Shown here piece after piece: positions 15,301 to 28,738 of a DNA stretch of 64,000 nucleotides. Source of the DNA: Botryllus schlosseri. Taxonomy: Eukaryota. The stretch is taken from positions 19,408,001-19,472,000 of the forward strand of contig CM119372.1 of the NCBI GenBank assembly GCA_051294905.1, given 5' to 3'. A model generated the notes under the pieces. The model did not search any database. It was not told where the DNA came from and worked only from the letters and a program-made list of their open reading frames with translations. A program made the position numbers and the translations under genes. Every line of letters begins with the position of its first letter. Positions within the stretch are counted from its first letter, which is position 1.

Positions 15301-18300
15301 GATCGCCAGCTACGGGACTATCAATTCTGCTGCTTTTAGCCGGCTCAGCAGTTCGCTTCTCCGCGTATTCAATCGTGAGTCACGTGTTTCGAATCCATCC
15401 GTTGGTTAGTAATCTAAAAATTGTATACAATGGCAGCAGCATAGCGGTAAAAATAAAAAAACTTCGCCCGCAAGGGCGCAGTCAAGGGCTTCCGCGAATG
15501 GATCCACCAAATTCCTTGTCGACATTTCAAGAGAATACATTATAAGTCAATTATTTTATGTTGTGCTTGTCAGGTCTCAATAGCAATTTAATGTAATTGA
15601 AATTGTAATTGAGCAAAATTTTTGTCAAATTACAATTACAATTACAATTACACAAAATAAAAATGCTTCAATTACAATTACATTACGATTACATTGAAAA
15701 ATGTAATTAATTACATTCAATTACAATTACAATTACAATTGATCCAACTCTGATATAGATGCTACTCTCCGCCCACATTATCAGAGTTAGCGGTAGAGCT
15801 GGCGGAGGATGATGAGTTCGAAAATACATGGAGCGTAATTGCACAATGCACATCGTTAAGTCAGGTTCATTTCCTACCGATAAGATTGTTTATCAGCCTT
15901 ATGCCGGTGTGCACCATGGAGCTTTATAAACACCCCACATCCAGTGGTTTCTAACCTTTTATGGTCGCGACTTCATTTCCAATTTGAAAATGTTCCGTGG
16001 CTTCGATCAAAATTTGACGAGCTGATTACTAAAATAATTCAGCACCTTTGCCCAGACTTACTCGCGGGCTATTTTGGAAGCTGATTACGTTCAACATGTT
16101 CGCAAACCCCAGAATAAAGGCAAACGACCCCCCTCCGTTTGGAACCAATATCTTTCAAAAAGCATTTAAACGGCCTTAACGATCTCTAGGAATATACCGT
16201 TCTTCTATAATTGCGATTAAAATTAGGATTATTCCAGTAAACGAAGGTTGTTTTTATTTATATTTTATTGCAGTTTTTGCGAGGGTGGTAGTGTCCATAT
16301 CAAAATAAATAAATGCGATAGTAAATCGCGCGCAGCGCGAAGAAAAATGTCGTGCATCAGCATGACTATTCCTCAAAAATATTGTTTTTATGCTGATTTA
16401 CGAAAAAATTAAGAGCCTACGTCAAGTCTTCATAATTCCGGACATTTGGCATATTTTAGAAATTCCTCCCGGACTCTAGTTTGAACAGTGAAATTCCGGA
16501 CGTATGCCAACCCTAGCCTATATATATCTACAATCTTGATGATGGATGAAAAAGACAAAGAAAGCTCACCATTAGGCAGACATAATATCGCTATCAGTGT
16601 ATTTCGTCTCACGTCAGATAGAATGGATACTGAAACTTGCTTGGTCGAATCTGGGAAAAGAGAATCCACCATATGACGTCATATTTCTAATAAATACGCC
16701 CATCACTTACCGTAGGCCCATGCGGATTCAGGTAAAAAGGCGTAATTGTATCGCATGATATTTCTCCAAGATCGATCTGTTAAAATTAGTGCAGCGTACA
16801 CTTTTTGCTGTATATCGTACGACGCTACTCTCAAAACATAGGTCGCTGTATCCAGAGGTATGGTCAAAGTAGTTAAGAAAGCTACTCAATCAGAGGTAGA
16901 AGTAACGACGCTAAAATCTACTCAAGGAAGCAAGAAAGTAAGTAGCTGTGGGAAGCAGTCGTAAATACTCTTTCATGGGCTGTCAAAAGCCGGAAACCGA
17001 GACCTTCGGACGGTACGGAAAACTGCGTTCGTGCTGCTCAATAAGTAGCCTACAAAGTTTCCACACGTAAGAATTAGACCGCATCGTCGAATGCAAATGA
17101 TAGTTTTGCTTTGGAGAAGCGACTCCTAACTTTTATTTATCCCAGAGCTCCATTTCAGATAATGTCATGGAATTGTGCTCTCCGCCGTATTAAGGCTCGT
17201 AGTTCAGGCGAAAAGGAATACCGAGTTGTATCAGAAACGGCATTACCGTTTTGCGCGATGATTGTTACGTGAAGCAACAATATGGTAGCTCGTAAAATGT
17301 CCATTACATTTAATTTTACTTCGTAGTTTTAAACTTATACGTGCATGTGCTCCGGACAAAAGAACTCAGATTAATAAGACCTCTCTGTAACGATACCGAG
17401 AAATTTAACTACAATATTTAAAAAGGAGGAATATATTTCAAGTATTTTCATAGGGATGGTGTGAACCTCTGACAGGTTCAGGCTCGTGTGAACGTGAACC
17501 TTTTTAAAAGGTTCTGTGTGAACGCGAACGTGAACCTCATGACGTCACGTGACGTCATATTGCTAATTCCAACCCTGCATTTTAGTGAAGTGATAGCCTA
17601 TTTTAATGTACACGATACCTAGCGACGACTCGGGTCACATAATGCCACAATGCTGAAGTACGTCGCCAAATCTATCAACTGGGGCAATCAAATGAGATAA
17701 TAATCTCATAAAATCAATATCTTTCGTCGCTTTGCGAACAATTTCGACGAGGACTTGCAAGGGAACATAAGCTTTGGTTTTTATGATACAATAAACATCT
17801 GAATTCAAGATTAGCCCCGTACGCCTGCTTTTTTTTACATCATACAACGATATCAATTTCATTGATTGGCTGAATAAGCAAAGCATCATTCGCTGACTAC
17901 ACACGTAGTCCATTTCGCCCTTGATGCTGTGTGATTGCGGGTCAACCTCACAGCAAACAGTCACTAAATATTCACTAACACAAAACTGGATATTTCGAGC
18001 AAACTTTTGTAACAAAGCAAGTAAAATTTTTGGGATTGTCAATGTGCATACTCGATTAGCGTTGACTTTTTTTATGCTGCCAGCGCCATGCATAGAGTGG
18101 CCCGCAGTTGAAATGCAATAAATTCCAATCAAAGACGTAATAATGAAATAAAAATTGTGATATATTAAAAAGGTTCACAGTGCAGAACCTACCAAGGTTC
18201 GTTTGTGAACGTGAACCTCTAAATATCTGAGGTTCACACACAGAACGCGAATGTGAACCTCACGTTCACACCATCCCTATTTTGTCCATATAGTTTCAAC

Positions 18301-19746
18301 GGTGGCTGACGATCAACGGTCTAACACTAAAAAGTCAATTACAACTTTTTCCCTATTTGAACACTTGCTGTGCGGTTAGCATGCTAGGTTACGATTAGAT
18401 GGTTCCAAATATTTTTCTAAGCCATATTAACTGTGATGAAACATGTCATATGTGTGACAGTAGCCTACGGTATGAAAAGAACCCGCTATACCTAAATGAT
18501 ACTAACCAACACTTTCGTGAAAACATACTTGTCACTCAATATCAATTTCGCGCGAAGCACGACGAAAATTCTGAACTTTCCTCAACTTCAGTGTTAGTTA
18601 AATTGTATAATGTTGGTACTCCGCGAAAAAAGGTCCCTAAATTTATCGTCTCATTCTCTCTCTCTCTCATTGAAAGAGTAGCCTACTTCTACTTCACAAA
18701 CGGTAATTAGCGAGTAAGTAAGTAGGTAAATCACAAAATATTGTGAAGTAGAAATATAAGTAGCGAAAAAGTTGTTCTACTTGAGTAAGTACTAGAAGTA
18801 AACGAAAGCTACTTGAGTACTTCAAAAAAGTAGAAGCACTTCGTTACTCTGTATCTAAGCTTCGAACGCCATGGAATAAGAATCTTTTTATATCGTCACC
18901 AAGAAAGCCGCGTCATTGCTTCTTAGCACCAATCATAATAATCGACCATAGGTTCTATTATTTTGATCCGTTCATACACGATGTACAATGCGACACACAA
19001 GATGCAATGCGATACCATAAACACTTATGAGGATGTCGAACCAAGTAGGCTACGGTCTCTCTCTCTCTCTCTAACCCACGATCCATCTCGGCCTAATACA
19101 CTTAAACTGCATCCACAAGGCAGAGGTTTCCACGAATCGTTGGAAAAAGCGTGTCCAAATAACGTTGGAGTTCGGTTTGTAAAATAGTGATTTTAAATAC
19201 CATTTATAGTAAAGACAAGTGGTAGGATGCATTTAGCCTCCAGGTATACGTACAGATTGAAGTTGGTACTCACTGAAATCAGCAGGCAGCACATATCTAT
19301 TGCCGCTCACGTGATCCCCGACAAATGAATATACTTGATGAATGAGTGGACTAAAATTTAACATAACGAGGGCTGAAAATTTTAGAACGATTTTCATGTG
19401 ATTTTGGGTTAGAATGCATTACCCGTAGCGAATTTCTAGTGTGAACTTGGAGGTGATGTCGTTAAACTTGAAATAAACGCCTCCACAGCGGATAATATTC
19501 GTGAAGATATCCGCACTATCCATAGCCCAATTCCATTTATTGAAGGTGAGCTAAAATAGAAACGAATATAGTTTCACATAATCATGATGGAAATGCGCTT
19601 TCCATACTTCTATCTCTCTACACTACATCCTTGTTTGGACAAATGTCAAGTAATCTTACCTCATCCCACTGGACTGGTGCCGATTCCTCTACATTCGAGC
19701 AAGCGTTTGCTGTGGCCAGCAGTAAGAAACTCACTACTATTTTCAT
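9351..19746 (-). CDS. Spliced gene (6 coding exons, 193 aa): secreted divergent lipocalin, apolipoprotein D/Lazarillo-like
   Basis: Coding exons on minus: 19660-19746, 19423-19550, 19274-19350, 16711-16776, 16570-16650, 9351-9493. GT-AG introns with phases 0,2,1,1,1; 582 nt open. Signal peptide MKIVVSFLLLATANA, then CSNVEESAPVQWDELTFNKWNW (cf. ApoD C..PVQ..F...G.W), ILSDVRRNTLIAILC (SCR2-like), VWAFTR (SCR3-like) and C-terminal TSCP. Four Cys in ApoD-like spacing. Confidence 0.8.
9686..10269. mobile_element. Second GACTC/GAGTC-motif MITE (different family)
   Basis: Dense gagtc/gactc motifs at both ends, ending in gtcactacaaccctg; left terminus degenerate. Confidence 0.55.
10338..11063. mobile_element. 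Buster/Charlie-type hAT MITE
   Basis: TIR cagtggttctc/gagaaccactg, perfect TSD ctctagga. Confidence 0.85.
12080..13542. mobile_element. TCCGAC-family element (left end clipped) inside a SINE
   Basis: Colinear with 60992-63053; right TIR tccacagccctg; contains an extra SINE-bearing insert at about 12311-12650. Confidence 0.8.
12430..12649 (-). mobile_element. tRNA-derived SINE (family 2)
   Basis: Minus strand ccgacaagaTAGCGTAATGGtc...gGGTTCGATCCccggccggg plus body; absent from the sister TCCGAC copy at about 61310. Confidence 0.65.
13840..16515. mobile_element. hAT non-autonomous element (tagggtt(a/g)ccata TIR, CCGGA motifs) with a nested AATTAC MITE
   Basis: TIR tagagttaccata/tatgccaacccta, perfect TSD gcctatat. 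Related copies at 49913-54970 and 57500-57801. Confidence 0.85.
14198..15752. mobile_element. hAT non-autonomous element, AATTAC-motif family
   Basis: TIR cagagttggatcaatt/aattgatccaactctg, perfect TSD atatagat, (aattac)n arrays; internal diverged inverted repeat at about 14860-15417. Confidence 0.9.
16853..18851. mobile_element. CTACT/AGTAG-motif hAT-like element (copy 1)
   Basis: Starts cagaggtatggtcaaagtagt; agtag/ctact arrays at both ends; colinear with 24061-25749. Confidence 0.7.
17451..18279. mobile_element. GTGAAC-family element (inverted copy, in lipocalin intron 3)
   Basis: Same TIRs and internal sequence as 47023-48013; TSD degraded. Confidence 0.85.
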
Positions 19747-21545
19747 GGCGAGGGACTCGATATTGCGAAGCACTCGAGAAAGGAATGATTTCCGAATAGC
19801 AGCTGCTCCAATATTACTTGACCACCGCCCAGTATCTGGAATTTATATCAGTATAGTTATCGGTGACATAGACTACAGGAAAAAGAACTGGAGTGAAATA
19901 TGACGCACGTCTTACACCACGCCGAAAATGCGGAACTGACCAAGAAATACATTTTTGCGCATACAGGAAGTATGGGCATTACATCTGTGCCACTACATTC
20001 GACTCTTGTAGTTTACACTAGCTTTACATTTATCCGAGCTAGAACAAGTCAGGCGCCGTAGGTGCTATGCTTATCTTTGATGATCGACTCATGAGAGAGG
20101 TAAACATTATCACTATGACACACTCCTGTTACTTGGGCTTTTATATAACGATATTAGACAAAGCAGTTTGTCTGCACATACACTTCGAGCTACTGGTTTA
20201 CATTCAATCGCATTTTCAAACTTATTTCGCTCTTGTTCGTTTCCAAATTTACGCCAGAATCAATGGACTTGTCTGCGGTAGAGTTTGAAATTGTGTACAT
20301 TGGACAGTACAATTTCGATTATATCGATAACCAATCCTATTGCTTTACTGTTGGCATAAAGCTCGGACTTTCTCGACTGCATCTTTGAGATAATGATTCA
20401 CGTACAAATTCAAACGCCCAACTTATCCATATTTTGTTAAATCAGCGTATCAAAAACACTTTGCACGAAGAGGTTTGTGACGGTGTTGGTCGTGGACCAT
20501 AGAGCTTGCATGTATACACTGATATCAGAAATCAAGTTTTATTTTAACACGGCCTAAAGAGTTCGACGGGTATAGCAAACATAGCTCGACCAAATGTCAC
20601 GTCCGTGACATCATTTTTGCTTACGACAGTAGCAGGCCTGGTTCTTCCGTAACACTTCGTGATCTTGTATACATGAACTCCGTGCGTGGTTTTCAGGCAG
20701 GACTGAAACATCACTTCGTCGGCCTCTCCCCCCAAAAAATGGCTGCCTGGCTTCCCCATAAGGAGTTGAAGCGAGCTTATGGGGGACTTCGCCCCCCTCC
20801 CCCTCGACCCCCATCAGGCTAATCATCTATACCGCTACCTATCAGCGAGATATATTGTTGTTTAGTGAGACAGCTCGTGTCACCTATTCCGCGCCAGGCG
20901 CGAAAATTTGATTTAATTCGTTATTGAATCGGTCAATATGATCGGGAATCGCATAGATGTTGCTATCAATTTTTTATCATCTCTCTGCTCACGTAATCAG
21001 ATTTAACGGTAGAGCTGAGTAAGGTCTCTTGAAAAATGTAGGGCTTATAGTCTATACACAGCGTAATAATTAAACATATTCGGGAGGACCCGTTGTTATA
21101 ATGACTTCGTTACAGGATGTTATTCCGTGACCTCCTGTCTGCTATGCCAAAAGATATTGAAATCGTCCAAACGTACTAAACACTAAAAGACGCACACGAT
21201 TTCAAATTAGTACTTCTTCACTGGCAAATATTTTTTCTTTGCTGGATGGCCTTATTGCCTTGTGGGGTTCAGATTGCCAGGACAGGAGCATTCGACGCCA
21301 GCCATTTAGGCGCCTGGGAGAATTAAACATCTATGTATAAATATATCGAAGTTTTCGGTCAGCATAAGGGCAGTTCTTTTCGGTCAAGTTTTTCTCCCTG
21401 CCGAGCGTTCTGGCACACCTCTCGCAGTTGCATGTTACATGGCCTAAGACTTCATGTCTTTGTGCGTCGTGGCGCTGTAATGGCCGACGCCGAAATACCA
21501 ATTTCTATAAATCATGCGTGTTTTTCTTGGGCGAAGGGTACCAAA

Positions 21546-21901
21546 TAGTGCGGAGCATGGACCGGAGCCGGATTGGATATCCGGCCAGATTTTTTCAATT
21601 TTGGCCGGACCGGATCGGAGCCGGATCAGTACTTTTTTGATAAGGCCAGAATCTTTATGGATAAGCATGTAACTAAATAAATACCAATCAACAACACGCA
21701 AGTAACCGCCAAGCCAGTACGAAAAGAAACGAGCCATATTTTTGAATTCATGGAACCACCGTACCGTGTTGGGCCGGATTTCCGGCAGGACTTTTTCATT
21801 TTTGGCCGGAGCCGGATCAGTACTTTTTCATGATACGGGTCAGAGAATTGGCAAAACGGATCGGATCCGGACCAGAGAATTTGTCGATTCGCTCCGCACT
21901 A
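21546..21901. mobile_element. CCGGAT-family MITE (inverted copy)
   Basis: TIR tagtgcggagc/gctccgcacta; reverse-complement match to 37447-37841; absent from the paralogous repeat near 6540. Confidence 0.85.
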
Positions 21902-23589
21902 GACTACTAAATAGTCAAAATATTTGGCAACATTAAATCGCGCACAGCGCGAAAATATTTGAAAAAGTTGCATAGTTAAAGAAAACTCTGTAATTTATGT
22001 TCATTCACAAAATAATTTTGCCCCCCCCTCCCCCCAATTGGGGGGTTTGGGGTGTGGCTGTTACGGTCCTGTTTCCAGGTAATCACTAGAGTGACTCTTT
22101 CAAAATATCCTAATTAAGTGAATATGGTCTCGACGGTAGGGTTACCATACGTCCTTCTTTTTCAGGTTTTTGAAAATGTACTCCGAGGACGCCTAAATGT
22201 CCTCCTTTTTGGAAATTGGTCCTCCTTTACAGCTTTCAGAGCTAAGATCGTGGTTAGATTCGAGTGAAAATGACGCTAAGTGGGACATTCGTGGTTCGAA
22301 CGAAAGTGGCGACCTTTTTGGCCAAAGCTGGACTTAACAATCGATATTGGGGTTAGCTAGACACGGTACTTGCTAAAAAAAACTATTTCCCCGTAACACG
22401 TAAAGCATGGTCTTTTGGAGAGCTCGAAGTCGTTTTTCAAGCGTCTCGGTCTTGGCAGTGGTGGGCGGCCATAGCGCATCAAGGCAATATGCCTGTAGAG
22501 TTTTATTAACAAAATTCCCAAAAAAGATCAGCGACTTGCATACAGATAAATCAAAGTCAAGACGAGAAATTACTCCAACACCTCTCACCGTGAGAGTTTA
22601 AATACGATGCCGTTTCAGCCCGTAATAGTCTTGGAAAATTTCAATTCGACGCGTCGTTTAATAAAGGTAGCCGTCGTACACAGCGCTCAAAAACGAACTG
22701 AATAACAAAGCACAATCCAACGTACACCTTAGATAACACGCACTAGGTAATCAACTAAACGAAAAAAAACGTCGGGTGCACCAGTACAAAAGGGTGCACA
22801 ACACAAGGGTGCATGAGAAACATTGCACTCGAAATCAGTGGTTTTGTGGGGGGAAATCGTGATCTGTAATCAGCAGCCAGATGGAAGTGACGATTTTATA
22901 TTTTTTGTCGGTACCCATATATTAAATGATCATGAACACAGAACACAGATACATTACAAAATTTTACTCCTAACGCGCAGTTTATCTCTTTATGTAGCTT
23001 AGGGGTGCACTATTCGGAGCTATAACTTTGAAGGTCGTGCCCCTCCAAAAAGGTTGAAGAGCACTGTTGTACAGTCTTTTGACGATACCAATCGATTCAA
23101 CAAATATTGTATACTACTGTGTACCACACACACATATATAGAGCAAAATGATACAGTACTTCTTCAATTCAAATACAGCACCAAACTTTACAGGAAGTGC
23201 CAGAAAGATATTTTCACTTGATAAAAGTAGCCTTCATCATTTATGGTAAAGTTAAGCAACGATATGTCTTTGTTTACATTAGTGAGCAATTTAACATTTT
23301 CTGCTAAAGTTTTCTGTACCATGTACGATGTACCGAAGTAAAAGCGACTTTTAAACTGACAGTGTCTTATGAGTTAATTGTAAATTGTTAGGTGTTACTG
23401 CAAGGATTGTCATTGTTTTACCATAATCACTCATAATAAAATGGTATAATCATCTCGTGTTAAAACGTATAAACTACCATATATTGTGTCAACCTAACGA
23501 TGGCAATTGATAATTGCGAACCGGTGTCTGAATTAAGCGGAGGATTGTCCAATAAGCCGGAATTTTTAAGTGCGATTCGCACTTCTGTT

Positions 23590-23744
23590 CAGACTTGTAA
23601 AAACAACGGGATTTTCAAAAAGCGCAACTAGAACTAGAACTACAACTACTAAATTTTCAAAATCAGCAACTAGAACTAGGCTACTCTAAAATCCGTTTGT
23701 TGGTTGACCATCAACTAACTAAATGGGTAGTTTGTACAAATCTG
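23590..23744. mobile_element. AACTAG/AACTAC-motif MITE
   Basis: TIR cagacttgta/tacaaatctg. Related ends at about 59927-60090 and 63106-63230. Confidence 0.65.
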
Positions 23745-24060
23745 CCTGAGTAGCTTTACTGGTGGTCCTACAGATTACAACACATATGGTATGCACACAT
23801 GTGGTAGACTTTTCTTTTGTGACTCACTGAAAATTAGGGGTTCCCTGAAGGCTTGTAAATTATAGCGTAGCCTAGGGCATTTTACGGCCCGCAGGCCAAA
23901 GACGTACTATACGAGGGAAGTGCGGAGAGAATTTTGAAGAAAAATAAAATCTGTCCCAAAAGACGTACCCTACTTTATATTGATTTACGAAGTGATATGG
24001 ATTCATCATCGAGCTTTTTCTATCTTGGAAACTTTTGTTTCACTTTTTGCAAGAAACATG

Positions 24061-25749
24061 CAGAGGTGGTCAAAGTAGTCAAGAAGAAGTAGAAGAAGAA
24101 GAAGCGACGAAAAAAATACACTCAAGTACAAGTAGAAGTACTTCTTCCATAAGCAAACCTAAAACTACTTGAAGTAGAAGTATTATTGATTGACTTTAAA
24201 TCTACTCAAGTAAGTAAGTAGTTTTGAAAAAAATCTTAATTCGTTCCCATGGACTGTCAAAAGCTGCAAATTGATCTATGCGGAAGGTGCAGAGAGCTTT
24301 ATTCGTATAGATGCATCCCAGGAGGTATCAAATTTTGACAGAATAAGCATTCTTTCGCATCGTCATGGAATGCTAATTATAGTATTAATGTGAAAATCCG
24401 ATACTAACCTTTTGTTTACCAAAAGACCCCGTTTTAGAGAATATCATGGCATGGCCCCCTACCCCATATTACAAGGCTCCAAATTTAGGTGAAGAGCAAT
24501 ACGGAGACGCTGTATCGGATACCGTTTCAACAATTTGCGCGATTGGTATACGTTAATAACAAATATTGTGGATCGTACAATTTATATTTAGTGTAGCTTT
24601 ATTTTTGGAAAATAGATTCATTACTTAAGGTTATCATACGTCGTCCTTTAGGAGGATTTGTCCTCCTTTTCCGGGTTTTTGACAATGTCCTCCAAGGACA
24701 CCTAAATGTCCTCCTTTTTGAGATTTTGTCCTCTTTTTTTTAGAATTTAGTTAAAATTCGACCGAGATATCATTAAATAGCACCGAATTAACGCGCAGGC
24801 GGGTATTTCGGGATTCGAGGGGAAGTTGACCTTTTTTTCAGTCAACCACCTGATAACGTGAAAGAAAAAACAGTATTTTGGTCGCTGGACGAGAAAGTTG
24901 ACCTATTTTTTCAGTCAACCGACTACGAAGTGGAAAAAATTTACCATTTTATCAGTATTTTCCACCGGTATACTAGGTCTGAAAATTTTGAAAAAATGTC
25001 CTCCTCCCCCGATTCCAAAATATGGTAACCCTACATTACTACACTTGCTTTTATGCTTCGACATGTATGTTCTGCAGACAAAAGAACTGAAAGTAATTAG
25101 AACTCAAAGCATGGTGCTCGGAATTGAAAGTGAAATACAAATACCAGTTCTAAAAAGCGGAAAATTTATTTCATGTCTTTTGTCTATAAAGCTTCAAAGG
25201 TGATCTGCTAAAACGCGTGTAACGTTTAAAAAAACCCGGATTTTCCAGATTAGCAGGACACGTCATGGGCTGCTAGATTATGATATGATAGGTAGTTGCT
25301 AGATTGCGAAACATTATTTTCAAACGTTATGGTGGGTCATATTTACTGTGATGAAGTATTTGATATAGGCGACAATGCGGTGTGAGCGGAACCAAGCAAT
25401 CCGGCACCTAAATTATATTCAAAGATACTTTCGTGAAAACATATTAGTCGCTCCATAACTACTGTGCGCGAAGCGCAACCAAATTTCTGGGCTTTATTTG
25501 AATTTTATGAATTTTATTAAATGTTGATACTCCGTAAAAACAGCCTCGAAATTCCATTGGCTATTTTGATATTGGGGGATTAAACTACTTCTACTTGACA
25601 AACTGAAAATAGCGAAAAGCAAGTAAGTAGATCACAAATATTACGAAGCAGAAGTAGATAAAATCAGATCTTCTTGAGTAAGTACCAGAAGTAGAGGAAA
25701 ACTACTTGAGTACTTCCAAAAAGTAGTGCTTCGTTACTGACCACCTCTG
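24061..25749. mobile_element. CTACT/AGTAG-motif hAT-like element (copy 2) with a nested MITE at about 24626-25033
   Basis: TIR cagaggtggtca/tgaccacctctg. The nested element ends tatggtaacccta and matches 41506-41915 in reverse. Confidence 0.75.
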
Positions 25750-25880
25750 CATCAGAACCTCATTGCGTTCAACGTAAAAGACATGCGCTTTGTAATCATC
25801 TGTATCAATTCTTGTGTGCTTCATACAATCAAACACCCGCAATCCTAAATTATGGTGCAACTTATAAGCATCCAGTTCGA

Positions 25881-27005
25881 AGACATTTTCAAATTTGAGG
25901 TAATGAAATTTATGCATAGCTATCATCAGGGTGAACTGCCACTATATTTTAACAATCTGTTCTAGATACCTCCAGATACCCACCAACATCATACCAGATT
26001 TTCTTCTAACTTGTCTCTGTCTGTGCAACACCACAGAGATGAGCATGGATTAGGATTAGGTTTTGAAAAAAACAGGATTTGTGATATTTTATCGGATTTG
26101 GATTGGATTAGGATTAGAGATTTTTTATGAACGGATTAGGATTTGGATTGGATTTACCCATTTTCTGAGAGGTTGATATGTCGTGTGGCGAATGGCGACA
26201 AACTTTATTCAGATCAGTTATTAATGTACTTATGGTACAGGTACACTACACTATGGTACACTCGGTGTCAATGAACATGAGAGGTGCAGCCCTATGCTAA
26301 GTTATCTTAAATCTAGAGAATCATTGGTTGTGAAAGAAAAATTTCCAATTCTCCCTTGCATACATTAGCATTTTTTCTGAATTTCAAAGTTGGAATCGGA
26401 TTAGGATTGGACATGGACTTGAATATACAAACGTTCTGGATTAGGATTTGGATTAGGATTTGAAGTTTCGGATTTGGATTGGATTAGGACATAGAAATTC
26501 TAAATCCGCTCATCTCTGCAACACCACTCTACCAGTCTAGTACAAAATTCGATCAGTTTTATTGGTGTCAATGTTCGGAATAAGCTGCCACCTAATCTCC
26601 GCAATTTAGACTCTTGTGCTTTTAAAAAACAATGTTTTCATTCTCTTATCTCTAACTACCGCTAAATTGTATTTGTATTATATTTCGAATTGGTCCACGA
26701 TACTGTGTCTTATTTTTCTTTTCGTTCGTTAGTTAATTTTATTTTTCGTTCATCAGTTATCAACTGTGAAAATTGCTCCTGTCCTGGGTGGCTCGGCTCT
26801 GAAGACTTTGTCATATCGAGCCTTCCGTCTACCTTGCATGTCGCATTTCACTGTTACATTTTTGTAGTGCAATGTTGATATGTAATGTATACGAATAAAG
26901 GTTCTCTCTCTCTCTCTCTCTCACACACTCTCTCCCTCTTTCTCTCTCTCTCTCTCTCTCTCTCACTCTCTCCCTCTCTCTCTCTCTCTTACTCTCTCTC
27001 TCTCT
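25881..27005 (+). mobile_element. CR1/L2-group LINE 3' end with (TC)n tail, split by the GGATT MITE
   Basis: Decayed frame KFEVMKFMHSYHQGELPLYF...HQHHTR...SISFIGVNVRNKLPPNLR; aataaa followed by (tc)n. Absent from the paralogous block at 58011-58450. Confidence 0.65.
26034..26518. mobile_element. hAT MITE, GGATT-motif family
   Basis: TIR cagagatgagc/gctcatctctg, perfect TSD caacacca, ggatt(a/g/t) arrays. Confidence 0.9.
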
Positions 27006-28738
27006 CGTTACTCAACTCATACGAAGCATTGTGCGGTTCTAGACCGCGTTGTGATTCGCAGCTGCAACATGAACGAGGTAGGCGGTGCTCCAAGTCGGCA
27101 GTTACGAAATAGAAAATGAAGACTATCGGCCTGGCGTAAATTACAATAGTTGTCGACAAACACCATGAATACCACAAAACAAACAAACAAACCAATACAT
27201 GGTTTCGGGTTCGAATCTGACAGAGGTCGACACCATAATCCCATCCCAAGTGTTGGAGGTATATCTCTACATAGGCTCCTATACTCGCCATCTCACCCTC
27301 GTAAGCGTTGTCTTAAAAAGCCGAGAAGTTGGCCGTGCTGCCACAAGACATTTCAAAAAAATTTCATTCGTTTTGTCATATCTCATGGTGAGACGCACAA
27401 TGAAACTTGGATGGAAAGTTGGTCGCGAACTGAAAAAGATTGGGAAGCACTGATTTAGGGTACATGTAGGGCTATATCCTAAATTAGAGTCAATCCGGCA
27501 AATCTAATGTCATATTCGTCATGAGCAACCTTAAAAATACAGAAAACACTCCGAAAAGTTTCCTCATTCTGTTGACCAGTGATTACCAAGTTTATTGTTG
27601 GTCAATATGCACCATTGTTCATTATGAAAGCTCACGTGAAGTCGATTCATATATTCAATTGCCCTAGTCTCGTCAATACCATATGTGTGGTCGGCTATAT
27701 AGCTGCACTCGCGTGAATCTTCCGATTGTGACGTAGACGGTATACCCTCAACATCACCATGACTAATTTTACTTATTGGTTTCCTGGTTTGACGAATTTC
27801 ACATTTTCATTGAACACCATATATATATACAGTCCAGTCCAGACCAGGGCTGTAATGACTTGAGTCGCCATTCTTGGACGGGTCTGCTTGACTCAGGTCG
27901 GTTTTAGATATGGTTAATATTTCGATTCGACTTGAGTCAATTTGTGTTTTGACTCGACATTGATTTATTGCAGGGCCACATGAGGAAGTAATGGTTCTGG
28001 CTTCAAACCGAAAGCGGTGAGCCAGCGATGACTCTATAGGTGTCACTAATATTCCCTCTATGCCGCACGTGCGTAATTGCGCGGTGCTGATACGGTCTCT
28101 GCGCTTAGAAAATCTAAGCTGCGCACAAAAAATCCGATGATGACCTTTCTTTAGTCGTTACGCACTGTTATCCAAGCAACCGCGCAGTGACTTTGCGAGT
28201 ACGTGCAGACTCGTCAAAAATTAGAGGGAACATTGGGTGTCACTAACTGGGTTACATAATTTACGAACACAAATTTCGACCATATACTATCCAAATGTTG
28301 TTGAACATAATATATTTACAAATTATTCAATATAATCCAGTACTATGTAGGCTAGATTAGACTCGGTCGATGTAATCAGGTTACCAACTGCTGGAATTGC
28401 TGGCATTCGTTATAGTTGATGTTAATTGTATTGATATTATCGGTGGATGGATCCCTGACCGTGCCTGAATAAGATTTTTTCCAGCAAATCAACATACGAG
28501 ATTGTTGTTGTTGTTTCTGGTATTCATGGTGTTTCTCGACTACTATGGTCATTTACACCAGACCGTAGCTCCCGAATTGTAGCACAGACCCCTTCTACGC
28601 TTTTTGTAAGACACCGCTTACGCGGATGAGATGGCGAGGAGGAGCCTATAGATAAACCTCCAACACTTAGGTAGGAATTCTGGAGTCGACCTCGGTCGGA
28701 CTCGAACCCACCACAACCCATTGGTGTGTAGCTGTGGA

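Noticed and set aside
17635..18132. 165-aa ORF and similar ORFs at 47061-47446, 59733-59945 and 63291-63551
   Set aside because: All lie within GTGAAC-family MITE copies; frames are not conserved between copies and no domain is recognisable.
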